From assembly GCA_963555755.3 (NCBI GenBank), contig OY820905.2, positions 1,248,001-1,312,000 of the forward strand: a stretch of DNA of 64,000 nucleotides, given 5' to 3'. Below are positions 61,438-64,000 of the stretch, one piece after another; position 1 is the first letter of the stretch; each line of letters begins with the position of its first letter. The notes under the pieces are model-generated. The model saw only the letters and a list, made by a program, of their open reading frames with translations, was not told the origin of the DNA and ran no database searches. The translations under genes were made by a program, and so were the position numbers. The DNA is from Nitrospirales bacterium. GTDB taxonomy: Bacteria; Nitrospirota; Nitrospiria; Nitrospirales; UBA8639.

Positions 61438-61759
61438 TTTCGCCTTCTTTTTTGCTCTGCCAACCCTGGTGTAGATTCAGAAGTATAGAAAAATAGTCTC
61501 TGATTCCCCTCCTTTGTAAGGAGGGGGTAAGGGGAGGTAGAAGCGAACATTTGTAACTGGCACCTCCAATTTTGCATTTGGTTACCAAACGTCCGACTTT
61601 ACCCCACCTTTATCCTCCCCTTACAAAGGGGAGGAAGGGAAGACGCTCCCCCACCGAAAACATAAGAAAGCGTCGGCTTACCCACACAATTTTCTGAAGA
61701 GGCTAGTTTTTCCTGCTTGACCTTTCGAATCTCCTGGCTCACGCTTAACTCATTTCCTT

Positions 61760-62890
61760 ATGCGTGACCACTTGCAAACAGCAACGAAACTGCTCCTTTC
61801 GGTTGGATGCTTGCTTGGACTTCCCTTTCTTGGGTTCATGATTTCTGGGCAACCGCTCTCTCCCCTTCTTGAATTTCCTCCTTCCACATCAACCGTCACT
61901 CACGCTCCTTTTTCCTGGATAGTCTTTGGGTTATTCGGTGTGATCGAGGTAGGATTGATCGCCAGCCTGCTATTTTTGCTTTTTGGAAGTTCCTCAACAT
62001 CCACCAAACCATTATCAGCTCCTCCACGCACTCAGTTTCCCTGGTGGGGTTGGGTCAGCCTGGGATCACTCTTTCTCTTTTGGTTTTTGGCTTGGACTCG
62101 TTTTGCATGGTTCGCGGATATCCAAGGCCTCACCTTCACACCCCTCTGGATTTCGTTCATCATGTTTCTGAACGCACTGACGTATCAACGCACAGGCCAG
62201 TGTCTTTTTCTAAATCACCCGAGATTTTTCATTTCCTTGTTTTTATGGAGCGCGATGTTTTGGTGGTACTTCGAGTACCTCAATCGATTCGTCCAAAACT
62301 GGCGCTATATTGGGTTAGAGCCGATGACCGCGACATACTATGTCATGCATAGCACACTTGCCTTTTCCACGGTCCTTCCGGCTGTGTTCAGTACCTGCCA
62401 ATTTCTGCAAACATTTTCGTTTCTGTCGAATCGAACCTACCAACGACCATTGGACATTCCTCAGCCAACAAATCTCGTATGGGTCCTATTGTTCTTAAGC
62501 AGCACATGCCTCGTGGGATTAGCCATCTGGCCCAACTATTTTTTCTCGTTCTTGTGGATTGCGCCCTTGCTATTCATGCTGGGTATTCAGATGCGATGGG
62601 GCAAGAGCACGATTATTTCGGCTTTAAGCCAGGGCCGGTGGCAGGTGATCACCACCCCAGCTTGTGCGGCCATATTGTGCGGATTCTTTTGGGAGATGTG
62701 GAATGTCAACAGCGCGGCGAAGTGGGTGTATTCGATTCCCTTTGTGGATCGATTTCACCTTTTCGAAATGCCCCTCCTGGGCTATGCCGGTTACGTGCCG
62801 TTTGGATTGGAATGTGTCGTGGCAATGGATTTCTTTTTCAGAGGACGACAGTGCTTGGATGTCATGGGCTGGTCTAACAACCGTGGGTAA
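61760..62890 (+). CDS. Conserved hypothetical integral membrane protein
   Basis: Many TMs; FEYLN....NW.Y, FWEMWN....AKW.Y, FEMPLLGY.GY.PF. Confidence 0.75.
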   Translation: MRDHLQTATKLLLSVGCLLGLPFLGFMISGQPLSPLLEFPPSTSTVTHAPFSWIVFGLFGVIEVGLIASLLFLLFGSSSTSTKPLSAPPRTQFPWWGWVSLGSLFLFWFLAWTRFAWFADIQGLTFTPLWISFIMFLNALTYQRTGQCLFLNHPRFFISLFLWSAMFWWYFEYLNRFVQNWRYIGLEPMTATYYVMHSTLAFSTVLPAVFSTCQFLQTFSFLSNRTYQRPLDIPQPTNLVWVLLFLSSTCLVGLAIWPNYFFSFLWIAPLLFMLGIQMRWGKSTIISALSQGRWQVITTPACAAILCGFFWEMWNVNSAAKWVYSIPFVDRFHLFEMPLLGYAGYVPFGLECVVAMDFFFRGRQCLDVMGWSNNRG

Positions 62891-62969
62891 TTGTTGCTTT
62901 TGATTTTCAAAGTTCGCAGAAGACTCGTCATAATGGCTGGCATGATACCTGGATGCATCGTGACCTCGC

Positions 62970-63904
62970 TTAATGATCTTGTTTCGCCAAGTGGCCCAAT
63001 GGAGATGAAGAACGTTGTTGATGACCAATAAAAAGCAGTAGCCTGTGCAGGATTTGATCTAATGCCTTTGATGCCGGGCAATTCGGCGCTAGATCCACCA
63101 CGGGTTGAAAGATCCGCATGGATTGCTCCACAGATTCATCAGCGGGAATTTCTCCCAACATCACCAAATCCCCTCCGATAAATTTTCCCACCATTTGCTG
63201 AAGATAGGCGATGGGTAACTTGCTATTGGGTGTAACTCGATTCAGGACGAACAGGGGATTGAATTCTTGCAACCTGTGTTCCGCGGCTTCACGGGTACCC
63301 ATTTCATCATCCCCAATGGCTGCGAGCACCTCATCGATGCTCGAAAACTCTTCCTCCAGGAGTGACGCGTTGATTTCACTCTGATTCCGTACCAACACCT
63401 GGGTTAACACTTACCGAATCGCCGCGAGTTTCAAGAATCGGTAGAGTTCGATCACTGAGATTGGATCAGGATTGGCGACGACCACCTGGGCATCACCCTG
63501 CAAAAAGAAATCAAGTGATTGATAACTTGTGCCGGGTGGACAATCCAATAAGACAATATCTGCATCAAGGTTTTTGAGGTGGCGCATCAAGCGTTGCTTC
63601 TTGGCATACGGCAAATTGGCTGTCGCCAGGGTTTGTCTGTACCCGGGATGAGCCGAAGGTCTGATCCCCATTCCACCTCTTGGGCCACCTCATCCAGTGA
63701 TTTAATTTTTCGTGAGATAAAATCCGATACGCTTTGCGACGGCTGGAGTTGACCGAACAGAATGCGTAAGTTCGCGCCTCCAATATCGAGATCCACGAAC
63801 ACCACACGTTTCCCGTGTCGGGCTAGCAACAATCCGAGGTTACTCGCAACAACACTCTTGCCAACTCCTCCCTTTCCCGATGCGATGGATACGATGGTCG
63901 GCAT
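62970..63904 (-). pseudogene. MinD/FlhG-like ATPase pseudogene
   Basis: SGKGGVGKS and DLDIGGAN; frameshift near 63640; in-frame TAA at 63411-63413. Confidence 0.85.
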
Positions 63905-64000
63905 ACTGCTATACTGTGTGTTTTGGAGGAACGACGGTGGCCCGCATCTATTGATCCCTCCCACCTGACAAACTGATGGCTGGCGATTCTTTGGTATTCT

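Overview
Bacterial chromosomal window, probably Nitrospirota/Nitrospirales (inferred from gene content and from the repeat families, not verified). The first 12 kb is a stack of nested mobile DNA. A group II intron (RT 5008-6342) sits in a TCGAGTCTGACC motif that also flanks a RAYT transposase gene 30 kb away, and its predicted EBS1 loop is complementary to that motif. A second group II intron has inserted exactly after domain V of the first, and its predicted EBS1 loop is complementary to that domain V end. An unusual IS1-like element (24-bp perfect TIRs, 9-bp TSD) sits inside the same domain V, and an IS256 truncates the stack. Next comes a ~5 kb decayed island integrated at tRNA-Arg(CCT) with 55-bp att repeats. 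The rest is mostly ordinary genes: soxC plus a cytochrome c-TPR fusion, MutS-like, prmA, msrA, mug, copCD, Gld-like ABC system, Crp/Fnr-nirK, M16/M48 peptidases, ppiC and a MinD/FlhG pseudogene. Its intergenic spaces are packed with MITE/REP-like families, many nested, including internally deleted four-helix-bundle cassettes with heptamer repeats. All calls come from reading motifs by eye; no database searches were run.
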